Part shown: piece by piece, positions 9,560 through 18,868 of the stretch
Numbering within the stretch: the first letter of the stretch is position 1
Layout of the letters: each line of letters starts with the position of its first letter
Assembly (NCBI GenBank): GCA_964434055.1
Contig: CAYSSY010000001.1
Location: forward strand, 5,094-69,093
Direction: 5' to 3'
DNA: 64,000 nucleotides
Source: an uncultured Gammaproteobacteria bacterium
GTDB taxonomy: Bacteria > Patescibacteriota > Patescibacteriia > UBA2196 > CAYSSY01
The notes under the pieces: model-generated
Told to the model about the DNA's origin: nothing
Database searches by the model: none
The model's input: only the letters and a program-made list of their open reading frames with translations
Translations under genes and position numbers: made by a program

Positions 9560-10988
9560 GATTGCCGTTCTTACCTTTAATGAAATCTACTGGATTGAAA
9601 GTTCCTTTTTTAAAAACACCAAAAAAATATAAACTACTAAAATAAACAACGCCACCTAAAACGATAGACAGCAACAGACCTCTTTGACTAAAAAATATGA
9701 TCGTCGCCATTACTAAACTGGCTAAAAAACTTAAAAAACTATTCTTAAATTTAATTTTTATTTTTGTTTCCTGTCGGACATTCGCCCAAGAAGCCACAAG
9801 AATGAAAGCTTCAACAAAAACAGTTATCAGCGCTGCTGCCCAATATGAATAACGAGGAATAAAAATAAAATATAAACTAAGCGCACTCAAAGCAGCTACA
9901 ACATAATATTTCATCATTGTCTTCTGACGATTAACGGCAACAACGGCAAAAGTCGAAAGGTGTGCCCAAAAAATTATTCCAGTCGCGACAATTAATATTC
10001 TTAATATCCCAGCTGAGGCTATAAATTTGTCGCCAGCAATTAACATTATTAAAGGATTTGCTAAAATAATAGTTCCTAAAACCATAGGGCAAACAATCAG
10101 TGACAAAAAATCAAAAGCTTTCTGAAAAAAATTCTGGAATTCTATTTGGTTTTTCAAGGACCAAGCGCGAGAAAGATAAGGTGAAACCAAACCCATAAAA
10201 ATCGCTGGAAATGCAATAAGAACTTCTAAAATTTTGTATGGCGCGCCATAAATTCCTACTTCTGACTGTGGACGATAAAGTGAGAGAATAATAGTATCAG
10301 CTTTAAAATAAATCATTGAAAAAACCATATAAGTCGCCACTGGCCATACTTTTTTAAAAGTATCACGCCAAATATTTTTATCAAAAGCAAAAGAAAAAGA
10401 TAAAATTTTTCTGGCAAAATAAAAATTAATTAGAAAATGGACAGCCGTACCAGCCACAACAGTTAGAAGTACGGTCAAAAAACCAGCCTGACTCCTAATC
10501 ACTATCAAAGTCAGTGCTAAAATAATAATCTTGCCACAAATTTCTGCCAGAGCTGGATATTTTGTTTTTAACTGTTGTTGAAAAAGTGCCACCAGGATCT
10601 GATCAAGCATCATTAAAAATACCGGAATGGCAATAATTAACGTACCATTTTTTATTTCTTGATCATAAGGAAAAAGAAAAATAAGTACACCGGCTAAAAA
10701 CATAAAAAAAAGACTGGAAAAAAATCGCATGGTAAAAATATTGCTATAAAATCTTTTCTGATCTAAATTATCACGCCCTAATTCATTAACTGACACTAGA
10801 TAAAGTCCTAGATCACCAATGGTTGAAAAGAAAAAAAGATAGGAAAAAACGGTGGTATAATAGCCATAACCTTCCGGACCTAAATAGCGAGTCAATAACC
10901 CGATAATGAACAAACCTAAAGCCGAACCGGAAAATTTTCCCAGTGTATGAATAAGTGTATTTTTAGCAATGGAAAGCTTTAAACTCAT
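9552..10988 (-). CDS. Polysaccharide flippase (Wzx/MOP family)
   Basis: IAKNT..., RYLGPEGYGYY, DLGL, ADTIILS, VGIYGAPYK; the ATG at 10988 is preferred over the TTG at 11024. Confidence 0.88.
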   Translation of the reverse strand: MSLKLSIAKNTLIHTLGKFSGSALGLFIIGLLTRYLGPEGYGYYTTVFSYLFFFSTIGDLGLYLVSVNELGRDNLDQKRFYSNIFTMRFFSSLFFMFLAGVLIFLFPYDQEIKNGTLIIAIPVFLMMLDQILVALFQQQLKTKYPALAEICGKIIILALTLIVIRSQAGFLTVLLTVVAGTAVHFLINFYFARKILSFSFAFDKNIWRDTFKKVWPVATYMVFSMIYFKADTIILSLYRPQSEVGIYGAPYKILEVLIAFPAIFMGLVSPYLSRAWSLKNQIEFQNFFQKAFDFLSLIVCPMVLGTIILANPLIMLIAGDKFIASAGILRILIVATGIIFWAHLSTFAVVAVNRQKTMMKYYVVAALSALSLYFIFIPRYSYWAAALITVFVEAFILVASWANVRQETKIKIKFKNSFLSFLASLVMATIIFFSQRGLLLSIVLGGVVYFSSLYFFGVFKKGTFNPVDFIKGKNGNHA

Positions 10989-11060
10989 AGGTTGATTGTA
11001 GCACCTGACACGCCTTTTTGACAAAAATCTATATAGATATTTTGATTTTTTTATCCACAG

Positions 11061-11172
11061 TTGACGCTTTAGTAATTATCCTTTATTCTTAATAATGAAA
11101 ATGCCTATCAGACAAAAAAAATTAAACACTTACTGACAGCTCCCTTAAGGATCATAAGGGAGCTGTTTTTTT
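11061..11172 (+). promoter_or_regulatory. Promoter, 13-aa mini-ORF and terminator (attenuator-like leader)
   Basis: TTGACG-17-TATTCT, ORF 11095-11136 MKMPIRQKKLNTY, 12-bp stem 11136-47/11155-66 followed by a T tract. Confidence 0.55.
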
Positions 11173-11200
11173 ATAACTCAAGACTAGGAGGGTAATTCAA

Positions 11201-11689
11201 ATGACCCAAAGAATTCAAGACACATATTTAACCAATCTCTTGCAAAGGCAAATTAATCAAGAGGCAAAACCAAACTGCCCATTTACCGAGTCATGTCTGT
11301 TGCATAAAAAAAACATGTGCCCAACTCCTCAGTTAAATTCTTGTGGTGAGTTTACCAGCCTAATTATCGGTCGCTGTCTAATCTGTCAATATCAAAACAG
11401 ATTGAAAGTTCGTACAATTGATGGCACTGATCTAGAAATAAGCCGGGATTGGTTAAAAGTCACTGTTCTAAAACCTTTCTTTCAAGAATTGCCGCCAATT
11501 ATCTGTAATCACTGCCGTCAACAAATATACAACCGTTGCCCGCGCTGTGATAATAAAGGCATCTTAAAAATTGGTTTAAAGACTGGCTGGCTGACCTTGC
11601 CAAAGGAGTTAAAAAAAATAGATCCATTCAAGAAGCTATTTGAGGAACTTGGTTGGGTGCCATGCGATCAATGCTGCCAAGCACAATAA
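11201..11689 (+). CDS. Cys-rich putative zinc-binding protein
   Basis: AGGAGG SD; CLIC, CNHC, CPRCDNKG, PCDQC motifs. Confidence 0.75.
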   Translation: MTQRIQDTYLTNLLQRQINQEAKPNCPFTESCLLHKKNMCPTPQLNSCGEFTSLIIGRCLICQYQNRLKVRTIDGTDLEISRDWLKVTVLKPFFQELPPIICNHCRQQIYNRCPRCDNKGILKIGLKTGWLTLPKELKKIDPFKKLFEELGWVPCDQCCQAQ

Positions 11690-11758
11690 AAAAGGACCTA
11701 ATTTTCTGGGTCCTTATTAATTTTGACTTGTGTATCTGTTGTATTCTAGAGATAAAAA

Positions 11759-11914
11759 TTATTTACTCGGGGGCAGTTCTTTTATTGGCGGCGGTGCGAC
11801 CTGTGAATTGTTATTCTGACGTATAAAAGATTTGTCTTGCTGAATCACCAGCTAGCAGACAAAACCAAATATAATTGTTAACATTAAAACAACAAACCAT
11901 CTCCTGTGTTTCAT
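11759..11914 (-). pseudogene. Small membrane-anchored ORF with internal TAG
   Basis: MKHRRWFVVLMLTIIFGFVC*LVIQQDKSFIRQNNNSQVAPPPIKELPPSK; TAG at 11854-11852. Confidence 0.4.
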
Positions 11915-12088
11915 TTTGGATCATCCTATCAAAAAATTTTAAGGTTTAAGGCTTTACAATTTTAAATCATTTCAGATAAAACGGCAAATATTTTAAATGA
12001 TTGACAAGACGTTATTTTTAAAGTATAATTATATTAATCGCTAGTTTAATTAAATAAACTAGCTTTTTTTAATAGCTAAATTAATCAT

Positions 12089-13324
12089 ATGCCCAGCGAA
12101 CTTAATATCGCCATACAACAAATTTGCGACGAAAAAGGCTTATCAGCCGATACTATCAGAGAAACAATTGAGGCAGCACTCGCTGCTGCCTACCGCAAAG
12201 ACTTCGGATCCAAACAACAAAATATTAAAGTTGAATTTAATTTAGAAAAGGGTGGTTTTAAGGTTTTTGATGTTAAAGAAGTAACAACTGATGAATTAAA
12301 GGAAGAGACTGAAAAAATGAGAGCAGAGATGATGGAACAAAAAGACAAAGAACCAACCAGAGAAACAGAAGAAATTAAAACTGACGGACAAGAAGAAGTA
12401 AAACATTTTAATCCGAAAACGATGTTGGCTCTTTCTGAAGCGCGCTTAATTAAAAAAACGGCGGCGGTTGGAGATATTATAAAACAAGAATTGACAGTGC
12501 CGGCTGATTTTGGTCGCATGGCTGCACAAACAGCCAAGCAAGTTATTATCCAAAAACTTAGGGAAGCCGAAAGAGAAACTGTTTACAATGAATTTAAAAA
12601 TAAACAGGGTGAACTTATTACCGGAGTTGTCCAAAGAGTAGAAGGTAAGTTGGTTCTAATTGATATGGGTAATATTACTGCTGTCATGCCTACAACTGAA
12701 CAAATAAGAGGCGAGGCTTACCGTCCCGGGATGCGTCTCAAATTATATATCAAATCGGTTGAACAGGGTTCAAAGGGACCGGAGGTTGTGGTGTCCCGTT
12801 CACATGCCGAAATGGTTAAAAAAATCTTCCGATTAGAAGTCCCGGAAATAAATTCTGGTGCCGTTCAGATCAAAGCTGTTGCCCGTGAGGCTGGCTCACG
12901 GACAAAAATTGCTGTCTTTGCCAAAGATGAAAATATCGACCCAATTGGTTCCTGTGTTGGCCAACGCGGAACACGTGTCCAAACTATTATCAACGAACTG
13001 GGTGGAGAAAAAATTGATATTATCGAATGGCATGAAAACGTTGAAAAATTTATCACGAATGCTTTGGCGCCAGCCAAAATAATTAGAGTTGATTTAAACG
13101 ATAAGGACAAAGAAGCTAAAGCCTATGTCAAGGGTGATCAATATTCTTTAGCAATTGGTAAAGAAGGTCAAAATGTCAGACTGGCTGCTAAGTTAGTCGG
13201 TTGGCGGATTGATATTGTCAGTGAAACTGGTGATCAGACCACAATAACAGAATCTAATGATACTGAAATAAATGAAGAACAGACAGAAAATAACACTGAA
13301 GAAGAACAAAAAACTACAGAATAA
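12089..13324 (+). CDS. nusA: Transcription termination/antitermination factor NusA
   Basis: FGRMAAQTAKQVIIQKLREAER, AREAGSRTKIAV, DPIGSCVGQRGTRV, AIGKEGQNVRLA. Confidence 0.98.
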   Translation: MPSELNIAIQQICDEKGLSADTIRETIEAALAAAYRKDFGSKQQNIKVEFNLEKGGFKVFDVKEVTTDELKEETEKMRAEMMEQKDKEPTRETEEIKTDGQEEVKHFNPKTMLALSEARLIKKTAAVGDIIKQELTVPADFGRMAAQTAKQVIIQKLREAERETVYNEFKNKQGELITGVVQRVEGKLVLIDMGNITAVMPTTEQIRGEAYRPGMRLKLYIKSVEQGSKGPEVVVSRSHAEMVKKIFRLEVPEINSGAVQIKAVAREAGSRTKIAVFAKDENIDPIGSCVGQRGTRVQTIINELGGEKIDIIEWHENVEKFITNALAPAKIIRVDLNDKDKEAKAYVKGDQYSLAIGKEGQNVRLAAKLVGWRIDIVSETGDQTTITESNDTEINEEQTENNTEEEQKTTE

Positions 13325-13358
13325 AAAATTTCAACCTTTAATATAGGAGGAACACATC

Positions 13359-14144
13359 ATGGTTCCTTATCCAGCTGTCTACCCACTGATTCATTTATGG
13401 TTTCTCAAGTGGATCAAAGGTATCAGGGGCATTGAAAACCTACAGCTCTTAGAAAAAGACAAACCATTTTTAGTGATTGCTAATCACCCAACTTGGTTTG
13501 ACTATATTTTTCAGATTTCAGCCCTGGCGATTATTCTAAAAAAAGAATTCATGGTTTTAGTTGACTGGCATGTTGGTTTAGCTGTTCGTTGTTTCCCCAT
13601 CTTAAGACCACTTTCTAAACATCTTAAGATGATCTTTATCAACACCAAAGTTGACTGCCGGCTAAAAAATGTCGCCTACCTAATTGACCAGATGAAAACG
13701 CGCAATTGGTCAGTCTGGATTTATCCGCGTGGTAAGGAAGACCGGCCTAAAAAAGCGCGCTATGGCGCTAGCCTCCTAGCACTGCTCACTGACTGCCAAA
13801 TATTACCAGTGAATATTTGGTACGACCAAGTATCACTGGAAAGACCTAAAGGTAATTGGATAAATTTTGTCTTTCAAGGTCTCAGACAATTAATGGCCAC
13901 CAGAAACAAAATTTATCTGACTATTGGCCAACCATACCGCCTAAGCGAGCAGAGTCAAGAAATTGAAAAATTACTTAGCATTAATTATAAGCAGTTACTG
14001 CTCGGTTTGCAGAAACTAATGACTGCTCAAGGCAGTGAACGCGTCCTAATAGGCTTAAGACAAATATGTCAAAAGATAATGGTTGAATCCTATCTCAAAT
14101 TAACCCCAACCCCCAATAACATCTCTGAATTTGCGCCTCTCTAA
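13359..14144 (+). CDS. Lysophospholipid acyltransferase (PlsC-like)
   Basis: IANHPTWFD (HX4D), WIYPRG, ILPVNI. Confidence 0.75.
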   Translation: MVPYPAVYPLIHLWFLKWIKGIRGIENLQLLEKDKPFLVIANHPTWFDYIFQISALAIILKKEFMVLVDWHVGLAVRCFPILRPLSKHLKMIFINTKVDCRLKNVAYLIDQMKTRNWSVWIYPRGKEDRPKKARYGASLLALLTDCQILPVNIWYDQVSLERPKGNWINFVFQGLRQLMATRNKIYLTIGQPYRLSEQSQEIEKLLSINYKQLLLGLQKLMTAQGSERVLIGLRQICQKIMVESYLKLTPTPNNISEFAPL

Positions 14145-14222
14145 ACATAGGGGGGTATTTTTTTGCTCAATTATAGAAGGCATGCTAAAATAACGTCATT
14201 ATAAAAATTAATAAATTTATTT

Positions 14223-15527
14223 ATGAATCATAAAATAAAAAATCTTCCCTCAGGACGTCTAGAAATTGAAATCTCAGTGGAACCAAGTGAATACCAAAAT
14301 AATTTGGAAAAAGCCGCCCGTAATCTGAAAGATATTAAAATTGATGGTTTCCGGCCCGGCCAAGCGCCTTACGAGTTAGTTAAAAATAAATTGGGAGAAA
14401 CTAAATTATTAGAAGTAGCTTTGGAAGATATCGTCAGCCACACATTTTTTCAAATAGTCAAAGATAATGATTTAAATGTCATTGGTGCTCCTGAAATTAA
14501 AATTATCAAAATGGCCCCGCAGAATCCGCTGGTCTATCAGGCTGTGGTTGACTTATTGCCGGAGCTGACATTGCCTGATTTGGAAAAAATAAAAATAGAA
14601 AAAAAAGAAATAATTGTTTCTGAAGAGGACATCAATCAGGCGTTGACAGAACTACAAACTATGCGGTCTAAAGAATCTCTGATTAATCGGCCTGCTCAAA
14701 AAGGTGACAAGGTGGAAATTGACTACAACATCAGTCTTAATAACGTACCAATTGAAGGCGGGCAACAGAAAAAATTTCCTATCTATTTAGGGGAACAAAA
14801 AATGATTCCTGGTCTTGATGAACAAATTTACGGTCTGAAAACTGGTGAAGAAAAAGAATTCCCGCTGCAATTACCTGAAAACTTTTTTAATAAGAATCTG
14901 GCGGGCAAAACTGGCGAATTCAAAATTAAAGTTCATGGTGTCTTTCAAATCGATAAAGAGGAAATTAACGATGACTTCGCCGGTCGGGTTGGCACCTTTA
15001 AAAACTTAGCTGAACTAAAAAAACAGTTGTCCGATAACATCAAGATAGAAAAAGATCGTGAGGAAGAAAAAAAAGTGGAAACAACTTTAATTGACAATTT
15101 AATCGATAAAACTAAGTTTGGCGATATTCCAGAAAATTTAATTAAACGCGAAACGCAAATTATGATTGAAGAGTTAAAAAATAACCTAGCCAATTATCAA
15201 ATTAATTTTCAAACTTGGCTCAATAATCTTAATAAGAAAGAAGACGACTTAATTGCAGATTTTCAGCCCCAAGCTTTGAGGCGTGTTCAAGCGGCGCTAA
15301 TCATGCGAGAAATTATAAAACAGAATAATTTGCAAGTAACTGCTGAAGAAATTGAAGCTGAGATTGAACATCTACAGGAACATTATATTGAACATCTACA
15401 GGAACATTATCAAGACAACAATGAAGTAAAAGAAAAAATTAATTCTCGGGCTTATCGTGATTACTTAAAACAAAATTTGCTTAGTCAAAAAGCTATGAGC
15501 TGGCTTAAAGAAAAAGTGGTTAAATAA
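14223..15527 (+). CDS. tig: Trigger factor
   Basis: IDGFRPGQAP ribosome-binding loop, FKBP domain (MIPGLDEQI.G), LAGK. Confidence 0.95.
   Translation: MNHKIKNLPSGRLEIEISVEPSEYQNNLEKAARNLKDIKIDGFRPGQAPYELVKNKLGETKLLEVALEDIVSHTFFQIVKDNDLNVIGAPEIKIIKMAPQNPLVYQAVVDLLPELTLPDLEKIKIEKKEIIVSEEDINQALTELQTMRSKESLINRPAQKGDKVEIDYNISLNNVPIEGGQQKKFPIYLGEQKMIPGLDEQIYGLKTGEEKEFPLQLPENFFNKNLAGKTGEFKIKVHGVFQIDKEEINDDFAGRVGTFKNLAELKKQLSDNIKIEKDREEEKKVETTLIDNLIDKTKFGDIPENLIKRETQIMIEELKNNLANYQINFQTWLNNLNKKEDDLIADFQPQALRRVQAALIMREIIKQNNLQVTAEEIEAEIEHLQEHYIEHLQEHYQDNNEVKEKINSRAYRDYLKQNLLSQKAMSWLKEKVVK
15363..15410 (+). repeat. Perfect 24-bp tandem duplication in tig
   Basis: ATTGAACATCTACAGGAACATTAT twice (IEHLQEHY IEHLQEHY). 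Confidence 0.95.
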
Positions 15528-15580
15528 AAACCACTTTTTTTGTTTTACCTTACATCACTAAATTGCTACAATATAATCAT

Positions 15581-16426
15581 ATGTTAATCGGCACTCATAT
15601 TTCAGCGGCTGGCGGGCTGGTAAACGCACCAAAAAATTCTCACGCGGTCGGTGGTGAAATTTTTCAGTTTTTTTCGCGCTCCCCAAGAGGTGGCAAAGCG
15701 CCAGTTATTACCAAGGCGGTTGTCACTGACTTCAAAACAGCAATGAAAAAATATCAACAACAAGAATGTTACATTCACGCCCCTTATTACATCAATCTTG
15801 CCTCAACTAATAACCGTATTTATTATGGTTCAATTTCTGTATTAAGAGAAGAATTAGAACGTGGTTCGCTCTTAGGTGTAAAATATCTTATGACTCATCT
15901 TGGTTCGGCCAAAGAATTGGGTGAAAAAGAAGCTTTGAAAAAAGTAGTAGCTGGTATTAAAAAAATTCTTGAAGATTATACTGGCTCCACACAATTTTTA
16001 ATTGAAATGTCAGCCGGCGCTGGCATGATTATCGGTGACTCTTTTGAGGAGATATCTTTAATAATTAAAAATTTAAAATTAAAAAATAAAAATTCTGTTG
16101 GTGTTTGTTTCGATACGGCTCATGGTTTTGCTTCTGGCTATGATTTGCGTGATCAAAAGGCAGTTAAAAAAACCTTTGATGATTTTGATAAGCTGATTGG
16201 CTTAAAAAGATTAAAACTGATGCACGTCAACGACTCCATGGTTGAGCTTGGCTCGCACCGCGATCGCCATCAAAATATCGGTGAGGGTAAAATCGGCCAC
16301 CAGGGTTTTGAAGCTTTGGTTAAAGAACCGCGTTTAGAAAACATTAATTTAATTCTGGAAACGCCAGACAAAGACAAAGATCAACTCAATATAAAAATCT
16401 TAAAAGATTTCAGGAATAAAAAATAA
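15581..16426 (+). CDS. nfo: Endonuclease IV (AP endonuclease)
   Basis: IGTHISAAGG, HAPYYINLAS, HLGS, CFDTAH, HVNDS, DRHQNIGEG, ILETP. Confidence 0.95.
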   Translation: MLIGTHISAAGGLVNAPKNSHAVGGEIFQFFSRSPRGGKAPVITKAVVTDFKTAMKKYQQQECYIHAPYYINLASTNNRIYYGSISVLREELERGSLLGVKYLMTHLGSAKELGEKEALKKVVAGIKKILEDYTGSTQFLIEMSAGAGMIIGDSFEEISLIIKNLKLKNKNSVGVCFDTAHGFASGYDLRDQKAVKKTFDDFDKLIGLKRLKLMHVNDSMVELGSHRDRHQNIGEGKIGHQGFEALVKEPRLENINLILETPDKDKDQLNIKILKDFRNKK

Positions 16427-16430
16427 ACTT

Positions 16431-17196
16431 ATGCAACTCACTATTTTAGGATCCGGTACGGGTATTGCCACAAAAAATCGTAACGCACCCGGCTATCTTA
16501 TAAACGTCGGTAATAAATTAATATTACTTGACGCCGGAGAAGGAACAAAAAGACAAATTATTAAAGCAGGGTTTGATTTATTTTCATTAACACATATCTT
16601 TATTACTCACACCCATGTTGATCATGTGGCTGAAATTCCGGCAATAGTATGGCCTTTTCATTTTACACGGGTAAAAAGTGTTCTAAATTTTTTTGGTCCA
16701 CCACGGTTTAAAAAATTTTTTGGAACCGCTTTCAAGGCATTCATACCGAATATAAATCAAAGAAAGAAACTAAAAATTAAAATCAGAGAATTAAAAAATA
16801 ATAAAATAAAGCTAGATGACATAACTATTGAAACCAGACTGATGACTGAAAAAATGGGAAGCACTTTTTTGTGAACAAGAAATCGGCTATAGCATCACTT
16901 CAAAAAACAAATCAGTAGTTTTTTGTGGAGATAATACTGAAGAAAGTCTGCCAGACATAATGTGCTTAGCAAAAAACTGTGATCTGTTAATTTTAGATTG
17001 TGGACAGATTAAACCAGGTAATGGTCACTTAACACCAACTCTCGCTGGTCAAATAGCACAAGCCGCACAGGTAAAAAAACTGCTACTCACTCACTTTTAT
17101 CCTGAAATGGAAAAAATTGATATAAAAAAAATAGTCAAAAAATATTATTCCGGCCCAATTATATTGGCCAAAGATTTAATGAAAATTAAAATATAA
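16431..17196 (+). pseudogene. RNase Z-like metallo-beta-lactamase, frameshifted near 16850-16870
   Basis: ILGSG, LLDAGEG, THTHVDH in the first frame; the +1 frame continues GYSITSKNKSVVFCGDNT..CDLLILDC..GHLT..LLLTHFYP. Confidence 0.85.
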
Positions 17197-17200
17197 ATTT

Positions 17201-17638
17201 ATGAAAGATAACAAAAATAAAAGACTTATGGTGGGGGTTGTTGTTGGTGTAGTTATTAAAAAAAACAACCACTATCTTCTGGTCCAGGAAAAGAAAAAAG
17301 AAGTTTATGGTTTATGGAATTTACCGGCCGGTCATGTTGATGTCGGCGAAACATTAGAAGCCGCTGCCAAGAGAGAAGCTAGGGAAGAAACTGGTTTCAA
17401 AGTTAAAATTTTAAAGCACATTTTAATGCGCATTAAAGTTCATCATGATGGAAATGAATCAAATATTAAATATGTTTATCAAGGGAAAATTGTCAGTGGA
17501 AAAATAAATTTTCCAAAGGATGAAATTCTTGATGTAAAATGGTTTACTTTTAATGAAATAATGAAAATGAAAAACAAACTTAGAAACATTTGGGTTATTG
17601 ATTCCATTAAACTAGCAAAAAAATATGAACTTAAATAG
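17201..17638 (+). CDS. NUDIX hydrolase
   Basis: LPAGHVDVGETLEAAAKREAREETG Nudix box. Confidence 0.93.
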   Translation: MKDNKNKRLMVGVVVGVVIKKNNHYLLVQEKKKEVYGLWNLPAGHVDVGETLEAAAKREAREETGFKVKILKHILMRIKVHHDGNESNIKYVYQGKIVSGKINFPKDEILDVKWFTFNEIMKMKNKLRNIWVIDSIKLAKKYELK

Positions 17639-18401
17639 AGAAAAACAAGTTGCTCTTTTGGCAGCTAAAAAAGCCGGGGCAGAACTTTTAAAACATTTTA
17701 CTAAAATCAGCCGCGCAGTTATCAAAACTAAAAGCAAGCATGAAATTATTACGCCGGCTGATTTGGCTTCGGAAAAAATCATCCTAAATTTAATCAAAAA
17801 AAAATTCCCTAGCCATGCTATTCTTTCAGAAGAAGCCGGACAGAATAAAAAACATTCTGATTATCTGTGGGTAATTGATCCTTTAGATGGCACAACAAAT
17901 TTTGCTATGGGCAATCCTCTTTTTTCCATATCTATAGCTCTTGCTTATAAAAACGAAGTGGTAATGGGACTTGTGACAGCGCCTTACTTAAAAGAAATTT
18001 ATTTGGCAACAAAAAATCATGGCGCTTTTTTAAACGGAAAAAAAATTAGTGTTTCTCAAGAAAGAGAAATTACAAATTCGCTTCTAACATACTGCCATGG
18101 TAACAATAACCAAAGTATCAAGCGTGCCATCAAAATTCATAGTCGTTTAAAATTTCTAGCTCGAGACATCAGACAGATTGGTTCAGCAGCCATTGAGATG
18201 ACCTGGGTCGCACGAGGCAGAACTGATGCTATTATTATTCCAGGTGTCAGACCTTGGGACATTGCCGCTGGCGTTCTTATAGTGCTTGAAGCTAATGGCC
18301 AAGTTACAGACTTAAAAGGCGAGACGTGGCATTTAAAAACCAACGATGTTTACGCCAGTAATGGATTGGTGCACGACAAATTACTAAAATTAATCCAATA
18401 A
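17625..18401 (+). CDS. suhB: Inositol monophosphatase family protein
   Basis: ILSEE, WVIDPLDGTTNF, GSAA, PWDIAAG. Confidence 0.9.
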   Translation: MNLNREKQVALLAAKKAGAELLKHFTKISRAVIKTKSKHEIITPADLASEKIILNLIKKKFPSHAILSEEAGQNKKHSDYLWVIDPLDGTTNFAMGNPLFSISIALAYKNEVVMGLVTAPYLKEIYLATKNHGAFLNGKKISVSQEREITNSLLTYCHGNNNQSIKRAIKIHSRLKFLARDIRQIGSAAIEMTWVARGRTDAIIIPGVRPWDIAAGVLIVLEANGQVTDLKGETWHLKTNDVYASNGLVHDKLLKLIQ

Positions 18402-18403
18402 AA

Positions 18404-18438
18404 ATATCCTACATTCGATATTCTACATTCTATATTCT
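18404..18438. repeat. Heptamer tandem repeat (AYATTCT)x5
   Basis: atatcct acattcg atattct acattct atattct. Confidence 0.8.
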
Positions 18439-18443
18439 TAATT

Positions 18444-18674
18444 ATGTTTCTCAACATTAAACTCATACCGCGCGCCAAACACAATAAAATCGAAAGAATC
18501 AATGAAAACAACTATAAAATTCACCTAACTGCCCCGCCGGTCGACAATAAAGCCAATGAAGCTCTGCTTGACATTTTGGCTAAAAACCTTAGAATAAGAA
18601 AAAGCAATCTTAGAATTGTCAAAGGAGAAAAAACAAGAAACAAAGTAATTGAAATTATTCAATTTAGAAATTAG
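18444..18674 (+). CDS. DUF167/YggU family protein
   Basis: PRAK, APPVDNKANEAL, GEKTRNK. Confidence 0.9.
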   Translation: MFLNIKLIPRAKHNKIERINENNYKIHLTAPPVDNKANEALLDILAKNLRIRKSNLRIVKGEKTRNKVIEIIQFRN

Positions 18675-18686
18675 AAATTTTCGTCT

Positions 18687-18761
18687 GGTCCCTTCGTCTA
18701 ACGGTTAGGACATCAGGTTTTCATCCTGAAAATAGGGGTTCGATTCCCCTAGGGACTACCA
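18687..18761 (+). tRNA. tRNA-Glu(TTC)
   Basis: Anticodon arm TCAGG-TT TTC AT-CCTGA, GGTTCGATTCC, encoded CCA. Confidence 0.96.
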
Positions 18762-18868
18762 AAAGATACTCATTCGTGATAATGAGTGTTTTTTGTTTTA
18801 GAGGTTTTTTCTTTTGTTAAAAAATTAAAAAAAGTCTGATCAATACTGATCAGACTTTAAGAGTCTTG

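Noticed and set aside
16872-16874. TGA-to-Gly recoding (code 25) as the explanation for the split gene
   Set aside because: The continuation is in another frame, and TGA is a normal stop in dnaA, mscL and holA
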